Part shown: positions 9,526 to 18,775 of the stretch, in pieces
How the letters are laid out: every line of letters begins with the position of its first letter
Position numbering within the stretch: the stretch's first letter is position 1
The notes under the pieces: generated by a model
What the model was told of the DNA's origin: nothing
Databases searched by the model: none
Seen by the model: the letters and a program-made list of their open reading frames with translations, nothing else
From: a virus
Direction: 5' to 3' (one strand)
Virus record (IMG/VR): IMGVR_UViG_3300014838_000016
Span: 1-64,000 of that record
DNA length: 64,000 nt
Program-made: the position numbers and the translations under genes

Positions 9526-10250
9526 TGGAACCAGTTAACATCCCGCTGCTTATGGAGAAGGTGGACGCCCTCTACGAGGATGCGGTCAAGCGTGGGAAGC
9601 CATTCACCAAACTGAGCGCCACTCGGGACAAGATCATCGCCGAGCGTGGATGGAAGCCCGCCGCCAGTTACATCGACGCCAACTTTGATCGGGTGTTGAC
9701 CGAATTCAAGATCACCTACATTCCCAAGGTTCTATCCCCCGGCCCAATGTTCCTGTTTCCCATCACGGACACAGAGGGTGAGATCAATTACGCCCAGACC
9801 AAGCCACTTCTCGGCAGCCCGTACTACGGCAAGAAATACTACCGATTGGGTATAGAGCCCACAGGCCCACAATGGCTGGGGAACAGTATGCGTGCCATTC
9901 GCACCATCGTTGAGACGGGTGTGGCGGGACTGGTGGAGGGGCCGTTCGACTGGCTGGCGTGCAAGCTTCTCTTCCCCGACTCCCCCGTACTCTGTCCGCT
10001 GACGAAGCGCATCGGGAAAGATCACCAAGCCTATCTGCGATTGCTCGGGATTCACACCCTGTATTTCATGTACGACAATGAAGCGGATTTGAAAGGGTAC
10101 TCGGCTGCCCGCAGTCAGTCACGGGATTTTCAAGCCATCCCCATGATGAAGTGTCACAACCTGCCGTGTCCCGCACCCGACCCCAGCGAGGCTCTCAAGA
10201 ACTACGACACAGCGCAGCAGCTTAAAACGTTGCTAAAAGGCTTGCGTTAA
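9525..10250 (+). CDS. DNA primase-like TOPRIM protein
   Basis: LVEGPFD and YDNE..D motifs, DPSE near the C-terminus. Confidence 0.75.
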   Translation: MEPVNIPLLMEKVDALYEDAVKRGKPFTKLSATRDKIIAERGWKPAASYIDANFDRVLTEFKITYIPKVLSPGPMFLFPITDTEGEINYAQTKPLLGSPYYGKKYYRLGIEPTGPQWLGNSMRAIRTIVETGVAGLVEGPFDWLACKLLFPDSPVLCPLTKRIGKDHQAYLRLLGIHTLYFMYDNEADLKGYSAARSQSRDFQAIPMMKCHNLPCPAPDPSEALKNYDTAQQLKTLLKGLR

Positions 10251-10274
10251 CCCCGTGTTTGGTATTAGGATAGT

Positions 10275-10646
10275 ATGAGCGACCTAAGTAAAACAGACCT
10301 GATCGAGGTTCTTCAGGTCAATGCGGAAGTTCGAAACGATCCTAACAGGCCAACTTTCGCCCGCGAGATTCAAGCTTTCGACGAAATTGATTGTGAGATA
10401 GCCCTCTACGAAGCCGACCATCTGGTTGATGAGTACATGGAGCAATACCGCGCTCGCTTCTCGAATCCAGAGATGTTCGAGGAATTCGTCAAGGTCTACC
10501 GTGGAAAATTCCGTGAAGATATCAAGGAGTTTATTTCCACGGCACGGGAGGCTTTGAAAGCTGCTGGTCACGGTCCCAAAGACACCACGTCGTGGGGTTG
10601 GGGCGATGACGGATATCACAAAGAGGATGACGATGGCGGCGTCTAA
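10275..10646 (+). CDS. hypothetical protein
   Basis: ORF 7 nt after GTATTA. Confidence 0.7.
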   Translation: MSDLSKTDLIEVLQVNAEVRNDPNRPTFAREIQAFDEIDCEIALYEADHLVDEYMEQYRARFSNPEMFEEFVKVYRGKFREDIKEFISTAREALKAAGHGPKDTTSWGWGDDGYHKEDDDGGV

Positions 10647-10836
10647 CGAAGCACTGGCGAAAGTACACATGGCAATCATTTACATGGCGCAAGAAAGAGC
10701 GTTCGGACTGATTATCGATTTCCCTCCTGAAGTCAAGCATCTGGCGGACAAAAGGCTCGGTGATTTAACCGAGGAAGAGTGCGGACAATTGGCGAAAGCA
10801 GGCATGGAAGCCCACGCCAAAGCACTAGGGTTGTAG
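10633..10836 (+). CDS. hypothetical protein
   Basis: GAGG RBS, tight packing. Confidence 0.55.
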   Translation: MAASNEALAKVHMAIIYMAQERAFGLIIDFPPEVKHLADKRLGDLTEEECGQLAKAGMEAHAKALGL

Positions 10837-10838
10837 AT

Positions 10839-11540
10839 ATGGGGCTGGTTTATCTCATCCGCAACAAAGTCACGGGCAAAGTCTATGTAGGCAAGACCAC
10901 TCGCACCGTGCTTCGACGTTGGACAACCCATATTTTCGCCGCCAAACGTGGAGAGCGTTCGAGATTCTATAACGCAATCCGTAAATACGGCAAAGATGCA
11001 TTTGAAGTAGAGATTTTAGGTAGCGCGTTGGATGGAGCCGCGTTGAATCGTTTGGAGATGGACTATATAGTGCTTTATGGTTCACGCAATCCTCAATGGG
11101 GGTACAACATAACGGTCGGCGGGGATGGGGCAGGTTCGGGACCTGACAACCCGAATTACGGAAAACCCGGTTCTAATCTGGGACGGAAATTTCCACCTGA
11201 GTTCGGTATAAACGTGAGTTTAGGAAAGAAGGGAATCAAGGTTTCCGAAGAGGCACGTCAGAACATTATCAACGGTTTGATGGGTCGCAGCCCAACGGAG
11301 ACTACGCGCCAGAAATTGGCTCAAGGGAAACTAGGTGCCCTCAATCCTAATTGGAAAAAACCTCATTCTACAGCATGGAAAGAGCGGAACAGCAAAACGT
11401 TTAAGGATCGAATTTGGATAAGTTATTTGGGCACGCCACTTGAAGTCAAACGAGTAAAATCTTCAGAGCTACAGCAGTATCTTGAGAAAGGTTGGGTACA
11501 AGGACGATGGAACCGAAGAGTACGCACATTGTCGAAATAG
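10839..11540 (+). CDS. GIY-YIG homing endonuclease with NUMOD3-like repeats
   Basis: GLVYLIRN..KVYVGKT..R..H, GYN, SEEARQNI and TETTRQKL repeats. Confidence 0.9.
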   Translation: MGLVYLIRNKVTGKVYVGKTTRTVLRRWTTHIFAAKRGERSRFYNAIRKYGKDAFEVEILGSALDGAALNRLEMDYIVLYGSRNPQWGYNITVGGDGAGSGPDNPNYGKPGSNLGRKFPPEFGINVSLGKKGIKVSEEARQNIINGLMGRSPTETTRQKLAQGKLGALNPNWKKPHSTAWKERNSKTFKDRIWISYLGTPLEVKRVKSSELQQYLEKGWVQGRWNRRVRTLSK

Positions 11541-12754
11541 TTCCTGTTACGCTAGAACCACATCCCGATCCAGAAACCACATCCCTTAGCATTGTTAAGG
11601 TGTATCAGTACGCGGTGGTCGTTAGGACAGAAGACTGGATTGGTGCCAATAAAGCCGCGTATGTGCCCCCAGACAACATTTTGCCCGACAAGCCCGAGTT
11701 CCGCTACCTGAAAATCACTGGCAACACCCAAAAGGAGTTGAAGGAGATTGACGGCCTTGAACAAAACCTTAGGGATGGCGTGTCTTTCTGCCGTGCAATC
11801 CACGGTCGCGATAATGATGACGATGGCGTCTGCCGCTGCAATGAACGGTATGCGGACGAACTCATCTTACGTCGTGCGGCTCTTGAAGCCAAGATCGACG
11901 CCAACACCAAGTACCTGCGTGTCGCCGTGAAGAAGCTGCGCGGCGTAATATCCATGGGAATGCTACTTCCCTGCCCAGAAGGTGCGGAGATCGGCGACGA
12001 CGTGGCTGAGCTTCTCGGCATCACGCACTACGAGCCCCCGACAATGGATGAGATCGAGGGCGGGCGTAAGCACGCGGGCGACGACGTGGCTTCCCCGCCA
12101 GCGGGCGTGTACGCCCCAATATACGACGTGGAGAGCGTGTACAAGTACGCCGACCTGTTTGAGCCGGGCGAATTGGTCTACGTTTCTGAGAAGCTTGACG
12201 GACAGAACGCCCGATTCGTGGCATCGTCGGGTAACAACGAGAGCTACGTCGAGCGTAGCGAGAGCGGACGTGTGCAAACGTGCACCAACGTGGATATGCA
12301 CGCTGGGTCCCGCAAGGAATGGAAGAAAAAAGGCGGCTCCAACTGGTGGAGGGTGCAAGATCAGAACCCTTGGATTCCAAAATGGTGCCACGAAAATCAG
12401 GAGCAAGTCCTGTACGGGGAGAACTTCGGCTGGGTGAGCGAACTCAAGTACGGGGCAAAGCAAGGTCAACTGTGGTTCCGTTCCTTCGACATCTTGATCG
12501 GTAGCGAGTGGATGGACGCCGAGCCGTTCAGGGCAGCTTTCTACCCTGACCAACGTGTGCCCGATTTCGGGATCATGCCGTTTGACTTCGAGAAGCTTCA
12601 GAAGCTCGCCGATGGACCGTCTCTCATTCTGGGAGCGAACCACATGCGTGAGGGGATTGTAATCAAGCCCCTCAAGGAACGCCGTCACTACAAACTGGGG
12701 CGTGTCATGGTCAAAATGGTGAGTAATAGTTACTTGGAGAAGAAGGCAAGGTAA
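11507..12754 (+). CDS. RNA ligase, DRB0094/Rnl2-like family
   Basis: N-terminal OB-like HPD..KLRGVISMG; motif I EKLDG; YGE; FDI; REGIVIK; KMVSNSYL. Confidence 0.9.
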   Translation: MEPKSTHIVEIVPVTLEPHPDPETTSLSIVKVYQYAVVVRTEDWIGANKAAYVPPDNILPDKPEFRYLKITGNTQKELKEIDGLEQNLRDGVSFCRAIHGRDNDDDGVCRCNERYADELILRRAALEAKIDANTKYLRVAVKKLRGVISMGMLLPCPEGAEIGDDVAELLGITHYEPPTMDEIEGGRKHAGDDVASPPAGVYAPIYDVESVYKYADLFEPGELVYVSEKLDGQNARFVASSGNNESYVERSESGRVQTCTNVDMHAGSRKEWKKKGGSNWWRVQDQNPWIPKWCHENQEQVLYGENFGWVSELKYGAKQGQLWFRSFDILIGSEWMDAEPFRAAFYPDQRVPDFGIMPFDFEKLQKLADGPSLILGANHMREGIVIKPLKERRHYKLGRVMVKMVSNSYLEKKAR

Positions 12755-13017
12755 TGAGCATCCCCATTCTCCGGCAAGTCTACGCTTACGGCGGGCTACT
12801 TGTTGTCATCGCTGGCGGCGTAGGCTTTTGCGAGCTTATTAGCTGGCTCTTTCCGCCCCGAAAGGACGGCGGGTCGTGGGGCTTCGGTCATGGGTTTGAC
12901 TGGATACCACGAGGGCCTGACGGGAAGCCCGACTGGAAGAAATTCCACGATGAACTCGACGAAATCGGCAAAACCGTAAAAATCGAAGAGGAAGAGATGA
13001 CAGCTTCCGCAAAATAG
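12754..13017 (+). CDS. membrane protein
   Basis: N-terminal TM helix. Confidence 0.65.
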   Translation: MSIPILRQVYAYGGLLVVIAGGVGFCELISWLFPPRKDGGSWGFGHGFDWIPRGPDGKPDWKKFHDELDEIGKTVKIEEEEMTASAK

Positions 13018-13030
13018 GGTATTAGGCATT

Positions 13031-13279
13031 ATGAGCCGAGGATGTCCAATCGACGACGAAACGCAGTACAGCCGCCACAGCAATTACCCCCCAGCTTTGA
13101 AGGTGGAGATGTCACACGGGCAGTTGCGGGAGTTAGGCAAGTCTGTCCGCAAGGAAGAGTTCACCACCGCTCAAGTGCAGGCATTTCTCGCCCTGTATCA
13201 ACGCGAACTGGACGAGTTGTTAGGTCAGACAGTTCGCGAATTCATCATCAAGAAGATAGGAAAACAGTATGGCAACTGA
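13031..13279 (+). CDS. hypothetical protein
   Basis: ORF 6 nt after GTATTA. Confidence 0.65.
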   Translation: MSRGCPIDDETQYSRHSNYPPALKVEMSHGQLRELGKSVRKEEFTTAQVQAFLALYQRELDELLGQTVREFIIKKIGKQYGN

Positions 13280-13592
13280 ACCACGCGACGTAGAGACCTG
13301 CGTAACAACCCGCGTTGAAGTCTATAAAGCTATCGACTCGGAGCGCGATTTCCAAGATAATTTCGTTATGCCAGAGCGTCGTTACTATCGCACTCACACG
13401 CTGGGTGAATTTGTCCTGATGCTCAATCAGTACGCGGCCCAAGCGCAGGACAAGTGGACGCACCACACCGACGCGGCCAGTCCTGACGAGTTCCCCATTT
13501 CACTGCACGAGGTCCGTAAGATTGCGGCGTTAGCCGTTCGCTGTATGGAACAGCATGGAGCACCGCACAGAGTTGTAGCCGCTGGCAAGTAG
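13269..13592 (+). CDS. MazG-like all-alpha nucleotide pyrophosphatase-type protein
   Basis: AIDSERDFQD..GEF..HEVRKIAALAVRCME pattern seen in phage MazG-like proteins. Confidence 0.45.
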   Translation: MATEPRDVETCVTTRVEVYKAIDSERDFQDNFVMPERRYYRTHTLGEFVLMLNQYAAQAQDKWTHHTDAASPDEFPISLHEVRKIAALAVRCMEQHGAPHRVVAAGK

Positions 13593-13609
13593 TGGTAGAA
13601 TGAGGTATT

Positions 13610-13912
13610 ATGCGAATTGAAGGTTCTCCAAAATCCAAAGCCATGAAGCGCGGCACCGATAAACAGGTCGCCGCCGCGCTTGGTGTTGATCTCTGCCTAA
13701 CTAAGATGGTCGGTAAGCTGGAACTCAATGCCACACAATCAACGGATTTCGCTCTCCTCAGAGAACTCTTCTGGGTGTTTATGGGCGGTGGTGCTGGTGG
13801 TGGGGGAAGCATCGACATCACCAATGCCAAGGGTGAGAAATTCACCTACACGAGTCCGAACAAAGAAGAACTCAAGAAACTCAAATCCAAGAAATCAGTA
13901 GGGGTGAACTAA
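13610..13912 (+). CDS. hypothetical protein
   Basis: Packed ORF. Confidence 0.65.
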   Translation: MRIEGSPKSKAMKRGTDKQVAAALGVDLCLTKMVGKLELNATQSTDFALLRELFWVFMGGGAGGGGSIDITNAKGEKFTYTSPNKEELKKLKSKKSVGVN

Positions 13913-14235
13913 TGGGACTCCAGCAGATCGCCAATCAATACGACAATAAAGCCAACCATCTCGCTCTCCGATACGGGGGCGAGTTGAATAGAGTGGTTGG
14001 TCACACGCGGAAAGACGGGAAACCTGTCTCAGTGACTCTGGCCGATGTTATTCAGAACTACCGCACCAATGCGGACAGGGTGCGGGCTTTGATCCTCCCC
14101 GAGGATGAAGTTACCGCCGAGACGCAGTGGCAGCTTGAGGGCGAAGAAGCGATGGCTCTCGCATCGGGCAAAAAGGTAACCGCAAAAGACAAAGTTGCCA
14201 ACCCCAAGGAACTAATCGAGAAGGCGAATAAATGA
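13912..14235 (+). CDS. hypothetical protein
   Basis: TAATG coupling. Confidence 0.7.
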   Translation: MGLQQIANQYDNKANHLALRYGGELNRVVGHTRKDGKPVSVTLADVIQNYRTNADRVRALILPEDEVTAETQWQLEGEEAMALASGKKVTAKDKVANPKELIEKANK

Positions 14236-14239
14236 GAGA

Positions 14240-14966
14240 ATGGGAATTAGTCACTTGGCGATAGTTTATCTCATTGAGAACTCGCTTAATGGCAAGGTTT
14301 ATGTTGGAAAGACGGAGCGAGGACTGCTAGCTAGGTGGAAACAGCACATTAAGGCCGCAGAAAAGGGCAGTTCACTGTTGTTACACCGAGCTATTTGTAA
14401 GCATGGTGTGGAGAATTTTACCGTTAATGCCCTGTGTGAAGTCCCAGTTGTAGGGTTGAATGAAGCCGAACGGATGTATATCACCCAGTACAAATCCTAC
14501 CCACCCAACCGAGGTTTTGGGTATAATATGAGCCCGGGAGGGGATGGTGGGGTAGAGATAGGGAAAATTTCTGGAAGCCGCCCTCGGTCTGATCGTCAGA
14601 AAGAACAGACCCGTAAGTTGAATGAGTTGCAGCGACAGCCGATTTCCGATGAGACACGTCGTTTATTGAGTGAGTGGCAGCGAGGGGATAAGAATCCACG
14701 TTTCGGTAAGAATTATGTTATGCCAAAATCGACAAAACAAAAGATCGCTGAAGCCCAATTACAGGTCTACCGTGACCCACAAATGCGTCTTAAACAATCC
14801 ACAGCACAGAAAAAACGAGTATTGAGTAATGAAGCGTTGCTAAGAATATGCAGGTATTACCAAACCTAAAAGTACAAAAACACGTCAACGAATGAGCGCC
14901 TCAGCGAAATTGAGGGCATTGAGAAATGTTCGCAATTCAAAAGGGCAATTCGTGGGAGTAAAATGA
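14240..14966 (+). CDS. GIY-YIG homing endonuclease with a frameshifted C-terminal tail
   Basis: IVYLIEN..KVYVGKT and NUMOD3-like repeats. ORF stops at 14869; the +1 frame continues KPKSTKTRQRMSASAK..RNSKGQF to TGA 14966. Confidence 0.85.
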
Positions 14967-14967
14967 G

Positions 14968-16170
14968 ATGTTTTCACGTTCCAATTGGGCAGTATTCGGC
15001 ATCAAGCAGTCCACAGAACAAGCTGTCATCGACGGTCTTGGTGACTTCCCTAGTCAGGAAACAGCCGTTGAGAAAGCCAAGGCGGACAAAATTCCGACCT
15101 TCGGTATCAACCCATTTGCACAGCCCCGTTTGGACGAGAACGGCTCTCTTGGAATCATCACCAGCAAGGACTTCCAACTAAGCGACCACGCTTACGGATT
15201 CTGGCTCTGCCTCAATAACCAGAAAGATGTAACCGACGCCGCCTCGAAGAAAGAACAGATTGCTTACGACGAGATGGGCAAGCCATTCAAGTTTCTAAAC
15301 AAGGAGGAGAAGGCGGCTGTCGAACTGGCGGTCACCGCATCCGCCGTTGTGGAGCGCAAGCAGTTTCCAGTGCTCGTGGACTTCGCGAACGAACGGGTCT
15401 ACGCCGCCGCTACAGCCGAGGAAGACGTTGAAACGGTTCGGGCCGTCTTACAGGAACTCGGAGCCGAAACCTTTGCCGTCGCGTGGCAATTCGGCGGTTA
15501 CGATTGGGTGACTAGATTCCTCAACATCGTCAACGAGAAGACGAAATTCGTTGATGAAATGGCGAGTCGAGCCGAAGAACTCCAGCGTTTCCGCAAGGAT
15601 GAGATCGAGAAGATGGACGACAAAGCGATGGAAAGCATCGTCAGCAACTTCTACGCCCTGAGCGAATTGGAAACAAGTCAATGGTGCGGTCTCACCACAC
15701 CTGCCCGCATTCGTATGTATAAGCCCGCCGACCCCATAGGAACAGCAGGGCCTAGTCTGACGTTCAGCCTTCTGCGACTCAGCGATGATTCGGAAGTGGC
15801 GGCATCCGCCGTGGTCTTCCAGTCCCTCACTTCCAAATTCATCAAGAAAACGGATGAAGAGAAGCAGGTCCGCAAGGATTTATTCACCCTCGATCTGAAC
15901 GACAACATCAATCTATTGGAAGCGGGTGCGGGATTGCTTCGTGGCTTTGATTTGCCGGGATTCAAGAAAGAGATCAAGACGGCAATTAAGGCGCAAACCT
16001 CTCCGCTGGAGATTTCTGATTACTGGAAGCTCTGGCTTACAGACATGCGGGAAGCTGTCGCCATGTTTGTGGACAACGTGACCGAGACCCTCGGCCTTGA
16101 CAAAAAGAAGTTTGGCTTGCTTCCCTTTACGGAAGAGAGCTTACCGAAAGAGACCGTGGAGGTCGCATGA
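14968..16170 (+). CDS. RdgC-like recombination-associated protein
   Basis: 400 aa; KEEK..V...SAV....VLVD....VY pattern resembles the RdgC coiled arm; weak. Confidence 0.4.
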   Translation: MFSRSNWAVFGIKQSTEQAVIDGLGDFPSQETAVEKAKADKIPTFGINPFAQPRLDENGSLGIITSKDFQLSDHAYGFWLCLNNQKDVTDAASKKEQIAYDEMGKPFKFLNKEEKAAVELAVTASAVVERKQFPVLVDFANERVYAAATAEEDVETVRAVLQELGAETFAVAWQFGGYDWVTRFLNIVNEKTKFVDEMASRAEELQRFRKDEIEKMDDKAMESIVSNFYALSELETSQWCGLTTPARIRMYKPADPIGTAGPSLTFSLLRLSDDSEVAASAVVFQSLTSKFIKKTDEEKQVRKDLFTLDLNDNINLLEAGAGLLRGFDLPGFKKEIKTAIKAQTSPLEISDYWKLWLTDMREAVAMFVDNVTETLGLDKKKFGLLPFTEESLPKETVEVA

Positions 16171-16436
16171 AACCACAGGAAATAGATCAGGAGAAGTTTC
16201 TCAACTGGATTAAGGCGTACCTTGAGCGGTCGGCGAAGGACCTTGAAGCGATGCGTGATGCGTTCTACGACTTTGTTAACGCCGGACTAGACGAGCAGGC
16301 AGAGCAACAGCTAAAGGACATGATCGTTAAGCAGGGTGTTCATGCGATGCTTCTTGATGAAGTTATGGAAGCCGAAGAGTACGCTGGGCTGCTGGAAGTT
16401 GTGCAGAAGATGTCCGAAGGCGCACCCAAGGCATAA
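16167..16436 (+). CDS. hypothetical helical protein
   Basis: GGAGG RBS, ATGA overlap. Confidence 0.7.
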   Translation: MKPQEIDQEKFLNWIKAYLERSAKDLEAMRDAFYDFVNAGLDEQAEQQLKDMIVKQGVHAMLLDEVMEAEEYAGLLEVVQKMSEGAPKA

Positions 16437-16441
16437 CGATT

Positions 16442-16609
16442 ATGAAAACTCAAGTCGTCCCGTCGTACCATGACCCAAAGCTGTTCGCCGTAGAGATTAG
16501 TCAGGGAGTTCAATCCTTTCGGCTGGATTACACGGCGACAAAAGAAGAGTGCCTGTGGATGGCGAAGATGTTCCGAAAGGCACTGAAGGCTCACGACGAG
16601 GCGAAATGA
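16442..16609 (+). CDS. hypothetical protein, 55 aa
   Basis: Manual translation MKTQVVPSYHDPKLF...; fills the gap. Confidence 0.6.
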   Translation: MKTQVVPSYHDPKLFAVEISQGVQSFRLDYTATKEECLWMAKMFRKALKAHDEAK

Positions 16610-16622
16610 AAGGAAGAACAAC

Positions 16623-17111
16623 ATGTCTGAAAATTTACCCCGTGTCGGAGTGGCGACCATCGTAGTGAACGTGGGACATAATGTCCTGCTGGGCCGCTCC
16701 ACCAAAGAACAAACCAAGGGCCAGTGGATCATACCGGGCGGTAAGATCGAGCCGTTTGAGACCATTCAAGAAGCCTCTACCCGCGAGACTCTTGAGGAGA
16801 CGGGCATTCAGGTCGATAGTCAGGAGATGCTCTTTGTTTCCGAAAGAGTTAACCCGCCCATTGAGCACCGCATTGTGGTCTACGTGAGCGGACAGGCAGT
16901 CGGCGGCGTGTTGCGCTCGACCTTTACCGAGGAAGATGAACTAAGCGAAGTCCGTTGGGTAGACCCCCGCGATCTCGGCTTTTACCAACATGAGATGAGT
17001 GAGATGACCATCGAAGCTTTTTTGAAGTACAGCTACGTGCTGAGGGCGAAAGCTGCCCAACAAGTGCAACAGATGGCACAGAATCCACCGAACCAAGGAG
17101 CGCCTAATTGA
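16623..17111 (+). CDS. NUDIX hydrolase
   Basis: Nudix box GGKIEPFETIQEASTRETLEETGI. Confidence 0.92.
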   Translation: MSENLPRVGVATIVVNVGHNVLLGRSTKEQTKGQWIIPGGKIEPFETIQEASTRETLEETGIQVDSQEMLFVSERVNPPIEHRIVVYVSGQAVGGVLRSTFTEEDELSEVRWVDPRDLGFYQHEMSEMTIEAFLKYSYVLRAKAAQQVQQMAQNPPNQGAPN

Positions 17112-17264
17112 CTCTTGAAGACCAACTCGTAGATCGAACGAGCAAGCTGGTGAAGATCGCCTGCCCGAATCTCAGCCGTTCAAAAGCACGACGAGACGGT
17201 TGCTAACATTGTGAAGATGGCCTTTGAGAAAATCGGTCAATTCCAATTTCAGGGGAACGCATGA
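17108..17264 (+). pseudogene. small gene with an apparent +1 frameshift
   Basis: AAGGAG RBS and TTG start. Removing one A from 17182-17185 gives a 51 aa ORF whose stop overlaps the next ATG. Confidence 0.45.
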
Positions 17265-17464
17265 AAACGCCGATTACCGACCTTATCACAAGAGAAATCA
17301 AATGGTGCGAAGCTCATCGACACGACCCTGCTTTTGAGTTTCAAGAGGGGTTTATCGCGGGATTGGAACAGGCTCGCGCCCTTGCTAGGCAAGCTGAAAG
17401 ATTGAGTGCGAAAGCTGAAAAACAGCGTGACGCGGTTTCCGTGCATCATGAGGAGTGCGACTGA
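17261..17464 (+). CDS. hypothetical protein
   Basis: Packed ORF. Confidence 0.6.
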   Translation: MKTPITDLITREIKWCEAHRHDPAFEFQEGFIAGLEQARALARQAERLSAKAEKQRDAVSVHHEECD

Positions 17465-17655
17465 TGTTGACCTACAAGCATGTTGACGACGGTTGGTTCT
17501 GCAAGGGGTACTGGATATTCGATGGGGACGACGTGCGTTTTGCTGAAGCCGACACAGAAGATGCAGCCATAGAAATTGTGGATGCGATTAACACCGCACG
17601 TTACGGAGAACCCGTTAACCCCGCTCGGGCGGCGGAATTGAGGAAACGTGCCTGA
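17464..17655 (+). CDS. hypothetical protein
   Basis: GAGGAG RBS, TGATG coupling. Confidence 0.65.
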   Translation: MLTYKHVDDGWFCKGYWIFDGDDVRFAEADTEDAAIEIVDAINTARYGEPVNPARAAELRKRA

Positions 17656-17670
17656 GTCAATTTTCTGTCG

Positions 17671-18354
17671 ATGGAGGGTCAAGACATTGGTTCAGTTGGG
17701 GATCGCATGAAAGATCAAGAACTGTTTCAGGCGTGTACCACTCAGTGCGTTTGGTGCAAGGAACAATGGCCGATCAAGGCGACAGGCGGGCACATGCTTC
17801 ACGTCGGTCCCTTCACTCAGGACAAACTCCTTTTCTCAACCGTCTGCAAGGCGGAAACGATCCGACAAGCATTTGAGTACGTCGGCTACAAGGGCGGCAA
17901 GCAGGTCAAGTTCAAGGCTCGAAGCCCCGAGGTCCTCAAAAGGATCATCGATGACTACTACGAGGTGAACCGTAAGGGTAAGGGGCTGGGTATGCACATT
18001 GACAGCCCGAAGAATCGTAGCTTCTGGCGAACGGGCATCCGATGCACGCTGGATGTAGCGGAATGGCCGAAGTGGATGCGTTCCACCAGCTACAACGGTG
18101 AGCAAAAGGAGGACACGTACACCCCTGAGCGACTGAAGAACTGTCGCAATGAATTGCGGTTCTTTGACGAATGCGATTTCATCACCCGCCTAGAGTGTAC
18201 GGAAGGTCAGCAGTATCGCCCCGTTGAACCCGGCCCGCACAATGGGAAGTCGAACATGAACGAGCCCACCTGCAACGGCGGCTTCGGCTGCACCACCTGC
18301 TGGGAACGGTACGAGAAGGCTTACGACAAGATGTCGGAAGCATGGTGTGACTAA
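17671..18354 (+). CDS. Cys-rich hypothetical protein
   Basis: CVWC and C..GFGCTTC. Confidence 0.65.
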   Translation: MEGQDIGSVGDRMKDQELFQACTTQCVWCKEQWPIKATGGHMLHVGPFTQDKLLFSTVCKAETIRQAFEYVGYKGGKQVKFKARSPEVLKRIIDDYYEVNRKGKGLGMHIDSPKNRSFWRTGIRCTLDVAEWPKWMRSTSYNGEQKEDTYTPERLKNCRNELRFFDECDFITRLECTEGQQYRPVEPGPHNGKSNMNEPTCNGGFGCTTCWERYEKAYDKMSEAWCD

Positions 18355-18764
18355 TGAACCCGTTCGAAATTTGCCCACAGTGCCCCCATCCGACAGTTGA
18401 GGAATTCTGTACCGTTCACCACTTGGTTCAACCCAAAGAAGAGCCGTGGTTTAACCAAGACACTCTGGGGAAGCTAATGAAGCTGCCAAAGACGGGGATC
18501 GGGGTATTCTTCATGATGTTCAGCGTGGAGCTATCCGCATTTTTTGTTTGTGTCGTATCTGGGCGGGCAGTAGCGCAGGCGAACTACCTTTGGGCTGCTA
18601 TTGGCACCACCCTACTCATTACGCAAAACTTCGCAATCATTAAGATCATGGCGGATGACCCTCGGGGTAGGTCGTGGACTGCGGGCTTCGGCTGTGTGGC
18701 TGGGGCCGTGCTCGGCACAACCCTAAGCATCTACATCACTAAACACTATTTGCTCGGCAGCTAG
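18354..18764 (+). CDS. three-TM membrane protein
   Basis: Three hydrophobic helices. Confidence 0.7.
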   Translation: MNPFEICPQCPHPTVEEFCTVHHLVQPKEEPWFNQDTLGKLMKLPKTGIGVFFMMFSVELSAFFVCVVSGRAVAQANYLWAAIGTTLLITQNFAIIKIMADDPRGRSWTAGFGCVAGAVLGTTLSIYITKHYLLGS

Positions 18765-18775
18765 TATCATAGAGT

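Noticed and set aside
10839-14966. Group I introns around the GIY-YIG genes
   Set aside because: Flanking genes are not split and the endonucleases abut or overlap neighbours, leaving no room for an intron core
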